IMG/VR virus record: IMGVR_UViG_3300028805_000096
Coordinates: 13,337 to 77,336 of that record
DNA: 64,000 nt
Source of the DNA: a virus
Taxonomy: Duplodnaviria > Caudoviricetes
Strand: one strand, 5' to 3'
Both the position numbers and the translations under genes were made by a program. The stretch's first letter is position 1. The number at the start of each line of letters is the position of its first letter. Of the stretch, positions 1-12,926 are shown piece after piece. The notes beneath the pieces are model-generated. The model did no database searches. It was not told the origin of the DNA and saw only the letters and a program-made list of their open reading frames with translations.

Positions 1-1
1 T

Positions 2-1525
2 ACAGATACTCAGAAACAGATGGCTCTTGATAGAGTTCTTACTTCTATATACCAACAGTATGGAGACATTATTCAAAGACCTATGGCACAAGTTATTAAC
101 GATGTTATGGCTTTAGCTAAAAACAAAGGTATTAGCTTATCACAAGCTCTTGAAGAAAACTTTATGTCTTTCCTTAGACAGAAGCCAGAATATCAACAGA
201 TGCAATCTATGCTCTCTGAACCTAATTTACAGATTATTTGATACAATAGTGACTGAAAGGCTGTTTACTGATATTGGGACAGTGCTACAAAAACTTTTAA
301 GCAAGTAAGTGTATGAGCTGGTGGAATTTCTACTTGATGAACTACTTGAGATGGAACATCATATATTACTAATATACAGCCATTAAATAATTTTATAAGC
401 GACCTTGAAACAAAATATGATATCGCATCTGAGTGATGAACTTGATGATGAAAGATAAGAGGTTGATGATGCTGAACAGTAGTAAATGACTATCTTGGAA
501 GTGTATGAGATAACATCAAACTATCAGAGGCTAATGATATAAAGCCTTATGCTACTAGCAAAGTGCCAGCCGAATGAGCAGTAGCTTACTTTGACTGAAC
601 TCAGTCACGAGCAACTCCAGAAACTAAAAAACACGGTCACGTTTGAATAGTAGTTTCAGATAATGGAGATACAATAACTGTGTTAGAGAGTAATGAAGGA
701 ACTTGACTTAGATATAAAGATTATAAAAAGTCTAGCGTTACTGGTTACTATGTGCCAGAATGAATAAAGACAAATGAATATAAACAAAGTGAATATGGGG
801 ATGCTTTTATAGATGCTGCCAATATAATAAAACCAAAAATGCCTTCTAATGAGGCTAGGTCAGATTTTATGGATACTGTACAAAAGTATTTGGATGTATG
901 AAAATACACGACAGCTTATGAATATATAATGTCTAACGCAAGAAATGTGGCATCAGATAGTGCTACTAGAGAAAAGCTAAATGCCGCCGAAACTGCAATG
1001 ATAGATTTAGTTGCAATTAAGGATGCTCTTGAGGCGTATTATGCAGCTTGATGAGAAACTTGAATATTACAATGAAATCTTGAAGATGTTGCCAATGCTT
1101 TAGGGAATACAACAGACCGTAGATTAGTTTGACTTACTACGAAAATAGCAGAGGCTATACAAGCATATAGGAAGAATATATCTTGAACGGCTTTCTCAGA
1201 AAAAGAAGCAGAAGACTATGAAAAACTATTCCCTACTATAAAGGCTTGACAAGAGTATAATACAGCTAAGTTAGAAGAAGTCTTACAAAGTATGATTACT
1301 AGAGCTAACTGATTATACGGTAATTTAATTTGACCTAATGTATATAAAAACCTATTGACAGCTCACGAAAGTGCAACGTGAAGAAAATACTCTGCATTCG
1401 AAGAACAGAGTGACTTGTACCAATACTTAAAGGATAATTGATATTTAAGCACTGATTGAAACGTTAAAGAACCACAAGACTTTGTTTCATATATGCAGAA
1501 CATAAGAAAAGGGAAAAGATTTTAG
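2..1525 (+). CDS. Phage A virion/ejection protein with CHAP-like peptidase domain (5' partial)
   Basis: Open to TAG 1523-1525 with TGA=G. Contains GGCGTVVNDYLG...GAVAYFDGTQSWAT...HGHVGIVV...TVLESN. Homologous to 47778-50330. Confidence 0.8.
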
Positions 1526-1543
1526 TTTGTAATATTACAACAA

Positions 1544-4051
1544 ATGTGAATATTGAGCCAATCTCAAGAAAATAAAAGAAGGCTAAACACAGCTATACAG
1601 AATACTATGCAACAGCAAAATATTGCAGATAAAAGTATTTGAGCAGAACAACCTATTTGATATAAAAGCCTTCGTGATGATATTACTTCAGTTGATACTC
1701 TGCAAGAGAGAAATACTGCTAAGAGTGTTTCTGATTTAATTAAACACAGAGTAACGCTTAGAAAAGCGATGGCTAACTGAAATCTTACAAGCTGAAATGA
1801 GGCTGCCGATTACTTAGAGATGAGAAGATGATGACTTGTAGATATATTCGCTGATTATATGATGCAGAATAAAGAACTCATAAAAGATGATGCTTCAGCA
1901 CAGTTGCTACAAGATACTATTAAAAAAGAGCCAGAAGCCATTATATGATATATGAAGAATGTTCTAAAGAACCAGTACCCAGATACTTATGAAGAAAAGA
2001 ATAAGGCAATAGATGATTATATTATGAAGTGATGAAAGCTTAATGATGTTATGGACTTCATAACAGAGAAGAACGCTACTCCATATTGAACTCCTAAAGA
2101 AGAAAAGCTAGAGTGAACTAACCCAATTCTTAACTTCTTATGAAGCACCGTAGCAACTCCTATTAGAGAGATATGATGACTTACTCAAATAGCTTGAGAT
2201 AAGCTATGATTAGACAAGCAACAAGAGGAAATAGCAAGAAAGACTGCTACTGTTGAATGAGTATCTACACAATGATATAATGAATACAAGGCAACTTGAA
2301 AGCTACCAAGTAAATTTTCAGAAGATTACGCTAACCTATATAAATGATATGATGATGCTGTAAAGGACTGATTTATAGGTAGCGTGGAAGAATATAACAA
2401 TTACTTATGAGATGTAGCAGTTGCTACTGATAAAACATTTAAGCAACTTGCCGATGACTTTACAGAGAAATACTTGTTTAACCCAAATGAAGCTTGAGCA
2501 GAACCTTGACAAGTGTTCTGAGATATAATGAGTATAGTTTTAACTGAATTATCAACAGCTTGAGCCGCCACTCCAGAATTAGCTGCTACAAAACTTCCTA
2601 AATATGCTAAATATGCAAAATGGTTATATCAATGACTTAAATGATGAGCAGAGTTCCAAGCTCTTGAAGATGCTTATGAATGAGAGTTATCAGATGTACC
2701 AGAATATGCTAAATCAGCACTTACTAATATGGTACTAAAATGATGACTAGAAAGCTTATGAAAGCTTGCAAAGCGATGAATATGAAAGCTGGCTAAATCT
2801 TTCTGATGAATTACTGAAAGAGGAGAAGTCGCTTTAGCTTGAGAAACTCCTACATCATCTGCTGAAAAGATTAAGATAATTAAAGAAAGCAAATGAACCA
2901 ACCCAGAGAGAACTCCAGAGAAAGAAATAATAAAAAGATTTCTTAATTTTAGGAAAAAGGTTAAGGATGATGTGACTTTGTTAAAATGAAAGCAAAGAGA
3001 TATTGAAAGGGCTTACAAATGAGAAGAAGACCCATCAGATTTAGCAAGTAGATTAAATGAGAATTTTGCTAAATCAAAGAACCCAGATATTATGTGAGAA
3101 CAGACAGCTAAGGTAAGTCCAGAAATTCAGATTTGAGAAACTAGAAAAGAACAGTTGATTAGAGAAAGAGATGCCGCCGCTACATATAAAGCAGAAAAGG
3201 ATGCGGCTAAAGCGGAATGAGAAAGATTATCAAAGCTATCTCCAGAACAAAGGGATAGAGAATTAGAGATAAAAGATATAGAAAAATGAGAAAAGGCTAA
3301 AAAGGCTGCCGAAGAAGAAAGAAGAAGAAAATATGAATTTAGAGTTGATAGAGAAGAACTATTAAAGAGCTGATATTGAAAAGACAATGTAGCGTTAATA
3401 GATGTTCTAAAAGAAGAATGGAATAAGATGTTTGTTAAGGAAGGTAGAGAGTTCAATGCTTCTAACCTTTGGGAACTTACAAAGTTAGTAGAAAGCAAGT
3501 CAGCTTGAACTGAATGAACTAAAGAGATAGTTGGTGCTATTAAAGATACTATGGAACAAATATCTGAATGATTATGATGAGATTATGGTAAACTTGCTAA
3601 AGAGAGTTGGAGTAAGTCAGATATATTGCAGTGACTTGATGATGTGTTATGAAAACTCACTAGAAGGACATCTGAAGCTTGATGAGAAATTGCCGCTTCT
3701 GAGGCTTGAGAAAAGGTATTAAAATGAAATTTAAGAGAGCTATTATCTCAAGCTAAAAAATACTATGGCGATGACCTAAATAGAGAAATTGATAGTTGGC
3801 TTATTCATTTGGCAATATATGACCCAGAAAAAGCTGCTGAACTAGCAAAGAACATATATCCATCTCTACCTTGAGTATTAGAATTGCTTATCAATGGAGG
3901 TAAGATGATTGCTACGAAGAAAGCGGCTAAAAATATAATAGAAAAGAACGCACCAGAAGTGCCAGAAAAGATAAGTGTTTGGGATGCTATATGAAGAAGT
4001 GTCCGCTGAAAAACAGCAGAGTGACTTGTAGATTTTGGACAAAGATTTTAG
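1544..4051 (+). CDS. Phage A large internal virion/ejection protein (835 aa)
   Basis: Continuous ORF with TGA=G, helical and charged, lying between the CHAP protein and tail genes. Confidence 0.75.
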
Positions 4052-4070
4052 TTAATATAAACCATAAATT

Positions 4071-5108
4071 ATGGAACAAATTGCAGTAAACTTTACAGAT
4101 GGATGAGTGCCAAAGACTTGACTAACTCCATTAGCTACGATTATAGACCTTAACGGTAATGTAATGGTAGAGAACGGTGTATGTAAAGAACTATGATACT
4201 GATGGTATATTTACAGCTTTGATAGATACTCTCCAGAAAAAGTATATCTATACGTATTTGATGGATGAGATACTCTTGAGAGCGATTATGATAGATATAA
4301 GTTCTGAGGTAATGAGCTTGATGCTTACTCTAATAAATATTCTTGGGGTAGAACTGCTGCACCTTACTTTACTTCTGTTAATGGTAGATTTGATAGAATA
4401 GATAAGTCTATTAAAGATGCTGTAAAGAGCAGAAAAATCTATGATGATAAAGAGGTAAGAAAAGGTTTAGCAGAAATCAAGAAAGAAATCAAAGGTAAAG
4501 GTTGATATGATGTTTATAAGAGGTTAGATAGCCTTGGAAATATTTTAGAGGAGGTTAAACAGTCAGTAGTTGACACAAGTGCCACTAATGATTGAAACAG
4601 CTCTAAGAATTTCTCTGGTATCAATGGAAAGCTTGATTTAATGGCAGAATATGTTGTTAAAATCAAAGAAGATATTGATAATCAACTTTCTAGCTTAGAT
4701 GAGAATGTAGCACAAAAGATACAAGAAAGCAATGATAACATAAACCAATGAATGTCTAATAGAGTAACTATTGAACAGCTATTACAGCAAGTAGAGAGAT
4801 TAGAGAATAAACTTAATGAGGTTGTAGATAGTGTAGTTTCTGAAAGACTGCCACAAGAACTTACAGATAAATATGATGTAAATGTAAGTAGAAAAGGTTG
4901 AATGTCTGATGAAGAAATAATGGCTGCATTAGGTATCCCAGAGAATGAATGAAATCAATATTGACTTAATCAGTGATTAAATGAATGAATGGAAATGTGA
5001 ATGGAAGAAGGGTTGAGTGAGGGTTTATGAGAAGCTAGAGAACAATGAGTTAATGCACCAGTAGATATGCAGTGAATAGCAGAACCAGAAATGCCTTTAA
5101 ATTATTAA
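4071..5108 (+). CDS. Phage A hypothetical structural protein (345 aa)
   Basis: Continuous ORF with TGA=G (MEQIAVNFTDGGVPKTGLTP...), with coiled-coil-like middle and acidic C-terminus. Confidence 0.7.
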
Positions 5109-5119
5109 TTCTAAATTAG

Positions 5120-7756
5120 ATGGTACAAATCATAACTAACAGCAACTGATGAGGATGAGTTTGATTATACAAATACAAGGGAAGCGTTGATTACTATGCA
5201 GACTTGCCTACTTCGTGATTGAAAGTATGAGATACTTATAATGTAGTTAATGCTTTCACTAAAGATGGTAAAGATTACCCAGCTTGAACTAATGTAGCTT
5301 GGACTGGTAGTGACCGAGACCCATTATGATGAAGCATAGACCTAAGCGATTATCAAAAGAAGTTAGTTGAATGAGAATGAATAGACTTAGACCAAGATAC
5401 TAATGAAATCAGTGTAGATACAACAGTTATTGCTACAAAGCAAGACTTAACTACTAAGCAAGATGTAATATCAGACTTAGATACTATTAGAAGTTGAGCT
5501 GCATTATGAGCCACATCTATACAACCTTGAGATAATGTAAGTGAATTAGTTAATGATGCTGGTTATCTTGTAAGTTCAGACTTAAAACAATCTGACTGGG
5601 GGCAAACTGATAGCTCTAAAATAGATTACATAAAGAATAAACCAACCATTTGAAATGGTACTTTGACGGTTAGTAGAAACTGAGTACAAATTAACACTTT
5701 TAGTGCTAATCAAACTTCTAATAGCTGAGTAGATATAAGTGTGCCTACTAAAACGTCTGATATAGAGAATGATAGCTGATATATCGATAAAACTGTTTCT
5801 AACTTAGATAATTACACATTAAGCTCTAACTTATGTGCAGTCGCTACAAGCTGAAAATATTGTGACCTATCTGGTAGAGTTACTGATAACTCTCAAATAG
5901 CAAACGGATGTGGTTATATCACTTCTGCAGCATTAAGTCCTTATGCTAAATGTACTGATATTCCTACTGATAACTGTCAGTTAGCAAATGGATGTTGATA
6001 TATTACTTGAATTAGTAGCACAGATGTAACTGACGCTCTATGATACACCCCATACAACTCTACTAACCCTAATGGTTATACGACTTGTACTGGTACATTA
6101 GTTGCATCAGATTTAACGCCTTATGCTAAAACTTGTGATATAAGCTGTGTATGAAAAACTAACCAATACTGCGACCTAACTTGACTTCCTACAATACCTT
6201 GAGTAATTGATGCTCTTAATTCTTCTTGTACTAATCAAGCATTAAGTGCAAAACAAGGTTGCGTATTAAATAGCTGTGTATCTGCAATTAACTGAAAGAT
6301 ACCTAGTGCTGCTACTACTTCTAATCAATTAGCAGATAAGGCTTTTGTAAATAGTTCTATCAACGCTTTAGCAGCTTTCTATATTACAAAGAATGCAGCT
6401 TGAGACCAATTTGATACTTATGCTGAGTTGGTTTGAGCTACAACATATTACAGTGGATGAGTAGTTAGAGTTCCTACTACTAACGATTATGCAATAGTTA
6501 AATCTGATGAAAACCATAGTGGAGAAACGACTAGATATAGTTATCAAACAAGCCAATGGGAATACCAATATACTGTTAACGAAACTCCTTTAACTCAAAG
6601 TCAATTAGATGCTCTAAACTCTTGAATTACTAGTGGTAAAGTATCTACTTATGACTGATATGCTACATCTAAACAAGATGTATCTAATATGGTATGTACT
6701 TTAAGTTGAGCTGATGATGCACATTATCCATCAGCAAAGGCAGTAGCAGACGCTCTAAGTTGTGCTTGAGCTTGAGATATGCTAAAGAGTGTATATGACC
6801 CTAACAACTGTAACACAGATGCTTTCAACTATAACAATCTGTACAATAAGCCTACAATACCTACAAATAACAATCAATTAACTAATGGATGCTGATATAC
6901 TACTTGTACTGGTACTCTTACAGCTTCTAATATATCTGATGCTGCTTATAGTAGTTCTTGGAATTGAGTAACTACTGTTGCACCTTCTAAGAATGCTGTA
7001 TATGATAAAATAGAAAGTGTAATATCTAGTATCCCTACAAACAATAATCAACTTTCTAACTGATGTGGTTATACTACTTGTACTTGAACATTGGTAGCAA
7101 GCGACTTAACTCCTTATGCAAAAAGTGCAGATTTAGCTGCTGTTGCTACAAGTGGTAAATACTGTGACTTATCTTGACTTCCTACAATATGAACAGCCAC
7201 TTTAACAATTCAGAAAAACGGTACTACTGTTAATACTTTCTGAGCTAATGCTACTTCAAATGTAACAGCAAATATTACAGTTCCTACAGATACTTGAGAT
7301 TTATCTAATAATGCTTGATTTATTACAGCTTCAGACTTAACCAATGGTAGCTGAATATCTATTAGTTGAACTACTATATCTAACAGTTGAGTTCTATCTG
7401 TTAATGGCAATACTTGAGCTGTAACTGTTTCAGAGTTCACGCCTTGAAGCTGAACAACTTGACAAATACTTACAAAGACTGCTACTGGATATGCTTATTG
7501 TGACGCACCAGCTACTTGAATACAATCATCTAATAATACTTATGATAATATCATACATTTATCACAATCAGATTATGATAATCTAGGGACTTATGATGAT
7601 GAAACATTATACTCTACACCAGATGGAGAGGCTTGAAGTTTTGTAGATAATACAGCTTTTTGACCTAGTTGGGATGGAGTAGTAGATAAAGCACCTAGTA
7701 TGAATGCTATATATGATGTATTAGGAGATGTTGAAACTTTACTTGCTAATATATAA
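5120..7756 (+). CDS. Phage A tail fibre protein with internal repeats (878 aa)
   Basis: Fibre motifs YKYKGSV, WTGSDWDPLGG, NQLxNGCGYTTCTGTL repeats, VLSVNGNTGAV, APSKNAVYDKI. Confidence 0.85.
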
Positions 7757-7761
7757 AATAG

Positions 7762-9318
7762 ATGACAATAGCTAGTGAAATAAGCAGATTACAGAATGCT
7801 AAAGCTGATATATGTACAGCTATAGAGAATAAATGAGTAACTGTATGAGATATAACTTTAGATAAATATTCTTGTTGTATTGATGCAATAAGTAGTGGTT
7901 GATGATGACCTTATTATATAGATTATTTAGCTGTTGGTTGATGAGGTTGATGATGATATTATTGTTATAATAACCAATATTGTCCATCTTGATGATGATG
8001 ATGAGGTTGAAATGTAGTAGAATGATGTTGCGAGCAAATACCAGTATCTGTGCCAGTTATTATAGGTAAATGAGGTAAATGATGAGCATTTTGTTGAGAA
8101 GAATGATGAAATACTACTATATGAAGTATAGTATATGCACAATGATGATGAGCTGGAAATCAACGTTGTACTTCTTGCTATACTTGAGGTATTAGTTGAA
8201 CTTGATGTGATTGATGATATTCTTGAAATACTGAAATGATGGGTGGCTGATGATGATGAGCGACTTGATGTGGTAGTTGTTCTTCAGTTTATACTACAGC
8301 ATCTAATTGATGAGCTTGAAAATGTTGATATTGATGATGATGATGAGGTTGATGAGTTTGTACTTATTGAGTTTGATGTGATTGATGATGAAATTGAGCT
8401 TGCAGATATAACTCATCTACTTGCCGTCCTTGTGCATATGCTACTAATGCAACTAATTGTTGATGATGATGAGGATGAGGTTATCCTTGAGGAAATTGAG
8501 CTTGATGAATAGTTAAAATATCATACCCAGCAGATTGAAGTTATTGATTTGAAAAAGCAGAATGAGGAGTAATTACTTGTGAAGGTTGAATAATAACTCA
8601 TACATTCACAGAAAGTTGAGAGTTTAGGATAGCCCACGAAGATGGTTTATGCTATGTAAATTATATGGTTGTGTGATGATGATGAGCACCAAGAAAAGGC
8701 TCTACTTCTATGGGTGGTGCTTGATGAGAGGTAATATTATGAAGAATATCCGTTGAGTGATGTTTAGGTATAACAATAGGATGCTGATGAAATTGTTGTA
8801 CTTGATATGAAAGTTGATGAAATAGTAAATTAGATTATTGAGGATGATGTATTATAGCAACTTGAGGTAAATTTGGAAGTTTTAATAAGAATTATATATC
8901 GTGAAGTTGTTGAAGTTCACAATATATGCCTTGATGAGCTTGAGCCAGATGAAATTGATGAGATGCTGAATTTAGCTATTCAAGATGATGAGCTTGATGA
9001 CAATGATATTGATGCTATTGATGGGGATGAGATTGAGGAGGATGCCGTTGTAGAAGTCATACAGGTACTTGATGAGTTTGATGAAGTTACTATGCTAGTT
9101 ATGATTGATGCGATGCCACTTGTTATTGAAGTTGATGATGAGGTAGTTATAGTAGTTGATATCCTTGAAAGTGATGTCAATGAGTAGTAGATATATGCTA
9201 TCCTACAGATTGAAGTTATTGATTTATGAGTGCTACTTGATGAGATTGTTGTTATACTTGTGATGGGATGTGCGTACATAGATTTACTTCTAACTGAACA
9301 TTTACAATAGTTAGTTAA
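7762..9318 (+). CDS. Phage A Gly/Cys-rich tail-associated protein (518 aa)
   Basis: Runs of TGA codons give GGGGGG tracts. Two tandem glycine-rich domains (YLAVGGGGGGG...HTFTESG; YMVVGGGG...HRFTSNG). Confidence 0.85.
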
Positions 9319-9341
9319 TTTAATTTATAATTAATATATAA

Positions 9342-9851
9342 ATGGCTTTATATAGATGAAGTACAAAACTAGCTGGTATATGAGCTTGATTTAACCCTAC
9401 AAATCTATGAACTCCTAACCAAGTTTTGAAAAGGAATAGTAATTGATATGGATGGGATGATGTAAACGAAGTACCTAGCTGATGAACTGAAGGACAAGTT
9501 CTAACAAAATGAGCTAGTGGTTTTTGATGGGCGGATGCTGCTTGATGATGAGATTTTACACTTTTGGCTACTTTGACACGGAAATGAAGTAAAACACTTA
9601 GTATTACTTGATACAAGGCTATTTTATTTGTGGCTACATACAGATACTGAAGTTACAGCCAATATTACGCTAGTTCTGCCACTATTCCCACAGATGTAAT
9701 AAGCACTATTATTCAATGAGGAGGAAGCTTAAAAGTTGAGATGAAAAAATTATACAACGATAATACTGTAGCCTATGTTGATATAAATAGCTCTTTAGTA
9801 TTCTCTAATAATTCATCTGCAGACCCTATATATGTCTACTGAATTAGTTAA
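9342..9851 (+). CDS. Phage A small tail fibre accessory protein
   Basis: ORF MALYRGSTKLAG...PSGGTEGQVLTK, a typical fibre linker motif. Confidence 0.7.
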
Positions 9852-9875
9852 TTTTAACTCTTAATATAATAACAA

Positions 9876-9908
9876 ATGGCTTGTGGAAGATGATGAAAAA
9901 AGAAGTAG
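9876..9908 (+). CDS. Micro-ORF MACGRGGKKK
   Basis: AT/A-rich leader like other genes. Paralogous to 12457-12492 and 29574-29612. Confidence 0.5.
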
Positions 9909-9942
9909 AAAAAACAAAAATTTATCTTTTAATCAAAATAAG

Positions 9943-10182
9943 ATGAAGAACTTTCGAACTAAACTAAGTGTAACCAAATTAGTATTAATAATTATGGTAT
10001 TAATACTAGGTTTCCAAACTGTGTATCTAACCCTACAATGAGTAGAAACATCTCTATTTAACAATGTTATGCTATCTATCATTGCTTTCTATTTCGGTCA
10101 AAAGAGTATGCAGTATTCAGAGCCAGATAGTTTAATGAAAGATTTACCTACAGAAAATGAAAAAAATGGAAGTAATATTTAA
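9943..10182 (+). CDS. Phage A holin-like two-TM protein
   Basis: MKNF[CGA=W]TKLSVTKLVLIIMVLILG...IIAFYFGQK; two hydrophobic segments. Homolog at 29615-29863. Confidence 0.75.
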
Positions 10183-10390
10183 CTACATAACTGACCCAAA
10201 TACTATAGTAACATTGATAGCTTTTATCTTTGGAGTTTGAGTTGCTTGGAGTAACTTAAATTCCAAGGTAAAGGACATAGAAAAGAGAGTAGAGAAGATA
10301 GAAGATTTAGACTTAGATAGCAGACTAACTAAAATGCAAGTTGATTTAGACCGAATAAAAACTGTACTAAGTGAAATCAAAAAGAAATAA
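10166..10390 (+). CDS. Small TM plus coiled-coil protein (lysis-cassette type)
   Basis: One hydrophobic helix followed by ...RLTKMQVDLD[CGA=W]IK. Confidence 0.7.
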
Positions 10391-10472
10391 GTCAAGCTAA
10401 AGAAAAAATTTACTATTGATTTATCTATTTTTAGTTGCAGTATAAAGATACTTTATATCTGCCTAATCAAAA

Positions 10473-10688
10473 ATGAAAGAAACAACACACAAATATAAAG
10501 ATAACTATGTTATATTGAGATTTGATGAGAACGAGAAAGACTGGAGGACGAACTGAAGAAGCGAGTATTGGACTTGAGATGGATGGAAGCCTTGACCTGA
10601 TAATGCTAAAAAATTCTTGTTTGAAGAATGGGCAGAACAAGAATTAATATCTATTAGGATAAAGAGGGCTGCTTTACTTAAATGATAA
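10473..10688 (+). CDS. Hypothetical protein
   Basis: 71-aa ORF with TGA=G and a typical leader. Confidence 0.55.
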
Positions 10689-10784
10689 ATATGGTGGACT
10701 ATATTGAGTGGATAATATATAAGATAAGCAAGCTATTTACTAATGCTAGAATGAGGAAAATTATTTCAGCATATAAAAGCAAGT

Positions 10785-11099
10785 ATGAAAAGAGAAAATA
10801 AATATAACATACATCACTGGCTTCCTAAAAGCAGATGATGAGATAACAACGATTTGAACTGTGAAATGATAAAGGTCACAACTCACGATGCTATCCACAC
10901 TTTGTTTAGCAATATGATATTCCCAGAGCAGATAGAGAGTTTAACAAGTAGAACTTCTAGGGTATTATTGCCAGAGATACAGAGGGAATTACAAGAGTGG
11001 TTAAGCATTAGAGATATACACGACCCTACACAATGGTATAAAGAATGATGTATTTTAATGCCAAAAAAACACAAATGGATAAATTTAGATACTGAGTAG
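10785..11099 (+). CDS. HNH-like small protein
   Basis: HHWLPKSRGGDNNDLNC...HDAIH. Positional and sequence counterpart at 54215-54550. Confidence 0.7.
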
Positions 11100-11239
11100 A
11101 ATGAGATAAGTGCAGACAAGGGATAGGATGGAAAGAGACTTGTTGGAAATGTAGTTTTGAGTTGCTATGTTTATTTCAACAAAACCAAGAAAGAATATGA
11201 AGTGATATTCACGAAGCAAAGAAGACTTCAGACATTTAA
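11075..11239 (+). CDS. Small four-Cys protein
   Basis: DKCRQGIGWKETCWKCSFELLCLFQQNQERIG. Clear homolog at 54051-54218. Confidence 0.6.
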
Positions 11240-11256
11240 TTTATAATAAATACAAA

Positions 11257-11490
11257 ATGAGCAAAAAAGAATTAACTTATGTCTTTTGACCGGACTGTTC
11301 TAAATGCCATCAACTTAGACCATACGTAGAGAAATGGTGTAGTGAGAATGGATATAACTTTGTTCCTATGCAGTATTGAGAAGACTTATTAGATATAACT
11401 TCAATACCTACTGCTATACTTGATAGAGGAGATGGAAAGGAGATGTTAGATTTTGATGGAATTGTACAGCTTTTATCTTCTAAAAAATAA
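11257..11490 (+). CDS. Thioredoxin/glutaredoxin-like protein
   Basis: FGPDCSKC CxxC motif and SIPT cis-Pro motif, 77 aa. Confidence 0.75.
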
Positions 11491-11492
11491 CA

Positions 11493-12341
11493 ATGGCTGA
11501 CATTAACTGATGTTTATGATTAGGGGAGGCTACCTCTGATTTTTTATTATCTGCCGAAGAAATAGATACTCTACCAGAGATACCTATGCAAGATACTAAG
11601 ATATTTGAGTATAACCAATGAACTACTCCTCACTGTACTTTATACTCTGCTTTATGAGCTGTCTCAGACTTGTTTAACTATGAATGGAAACAAAATGAGA
11701 TAGATGAGATAGTAGAAGAAAGCTATAAGAGAGGTAGAGTTAAATGAGAATGATGGTATATTAAGTTGGCTGTTAATCTTGTAGCTGACTATTGGAATGA
11801 ACATCATTCAGATTTAGGTAAGGTTGTATATTATAGAGTTAGTCTATATGATACTGAATTAGTTGATAAAATCTTACAAAAGAACTATACACTATGTAGC
11901 TGATATAAATGAAATACTGCCTATAAGAATGATAGAGACGATAACTGAGTATTAAACTGAACATCTTTCTGAGCTTCTACTTACTGACACGCTGTTAGTT
12001 GGATAGGTAGAGGGGGTAAGAGATTTATTAAGGACAATTATAAAGGAAGAAAGAAATGAAAGCTATCTACTAATATATATGAAGTAGAGCATAAACCATC
12101 TGAATTAGTTAGTGGATGATGTTATTATGCTGATGCTTATCTATACATAAAAGTAGATAACTCTGAAGAGATAAAAAGATTAGAAACTTTGAAGACAGAA
12201 TGTAATAATTGTATCAAACAGTTATGAATTATACGACATTTAGTGAATGATACGAATTTTCAGTGAATTTTACACTATACAGCAGACAAACTTAGAGCGA
12301 AAATAGCTGATGCAGATAGAGAGCTCAGTAAGTACCGTTAG
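11493..12341 (+). CDS. Papain-like cysteine peptidase (phage A)
   Basis: NQGTTPHCTLYS (Q..C), YGHAVSW (His) and IKDNY motifs. Confidence 0.75.
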
Positions 12342-12456
12342 TGAAATGAAAATAAGACACGTAGAAATTCTGAGCTGAATAATTATTCATCTGTGAATAT
12401 AAACGTGTCTTAAAATAATCAATTTACTTTACATTTATATCATAACTATATATAAT

Positions 12457-12492
12457 ATGCCTTGTGGATGAAGAGGAGGAAAGAGGAAATAA
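12457..12492 (+). CDS. Micro-ORF MPCGGRGGKRK
   Basis: Last ORF before the late terminator. Near-identical peptide at 29574-29612 in the same position in phage B. Confidence 0.6.
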
Positions 12493-12509
12493 AAAATTCT
12501 TTCCAACTT

Positions 12510-12540
12510 AAAAAGAGAGAATAAACATCTCTCTTTTTTT
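12510..12540. terminator. Bidirectional intrinsic terminator
   Basis: AAAAAGAGAGA-ATAAACA-TCTCTCTTTTTT between convergent operons. Confidence 0.8.
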
Positions 12541-12558
12541 GGTTATGATTTTTTGTGA

Positions 12559-12708
12559 CTAGAGTAATATAATTATTAGCAACCGAAATACAATACCAAA
12601 TATTATACAACCAATATTACTCTTCTCACTAATATAACTTATTAGCAATATAATCAAAGGTATTCAGAACTCTATGAATAATATTGCTCATACTATTGTC
12701 CAGAACAT
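12559..12708 (-). CDS. Small membrane protein
   Basis: 49 aa, two hydrophobic stretches. Confidence 0.55.
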
Positions 12709-12709
12709 T

Positions 12710-12919
12710 TTAGCAAATAGGTCAAGAACTAAAAAACTGTATAAAATTAAATATTAAAGATATAAACAAAGCAATTCACAATCGGTATGCTCGTATATAT
12801 AAATTATCGTTAAGTATATCTATTTTCCAATAAGCCTTTTCATAAGCCTCCGCTTTTTTATAGGCTTTATGCACTTCTTCCATAAGTTCTGCCTTACTAT
12901 CTCGTTTTGTTACTGCCAT
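12710..12919 (-). CDS. Hypothetical protein with C-terminal TM
   Basis: 69-aa ORF MAVTKWDSKAEL... Confidence 0.55.
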
Positions 12920-12926
12920 TGTTATA

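Noticed and set aside
5880-7110. Recurrent ~50-70 bp repeats in phage A as a possible array
   Set aside because: They are in-frame protein repeats of the tail fibre, with degenerate third positions and no spacers.
8243-9187. Extremely acidic Asp/Glu-rich ORFs (8243-8512, 8873-9187) in the track
   Set aside because: They are off-frame shadows (GAT GAT) of the TGA TGA Gly runs in the real gene 7762-9318.
11160-11246. Alternative-frame conserved peptide VY..KTKK.YE...TKQRRL, shared with 54040-54120
   Set aside because: Both copies are preceded by an in-frame stop with no ATG. The conservation is explained by the overlapping four-Cys gene.
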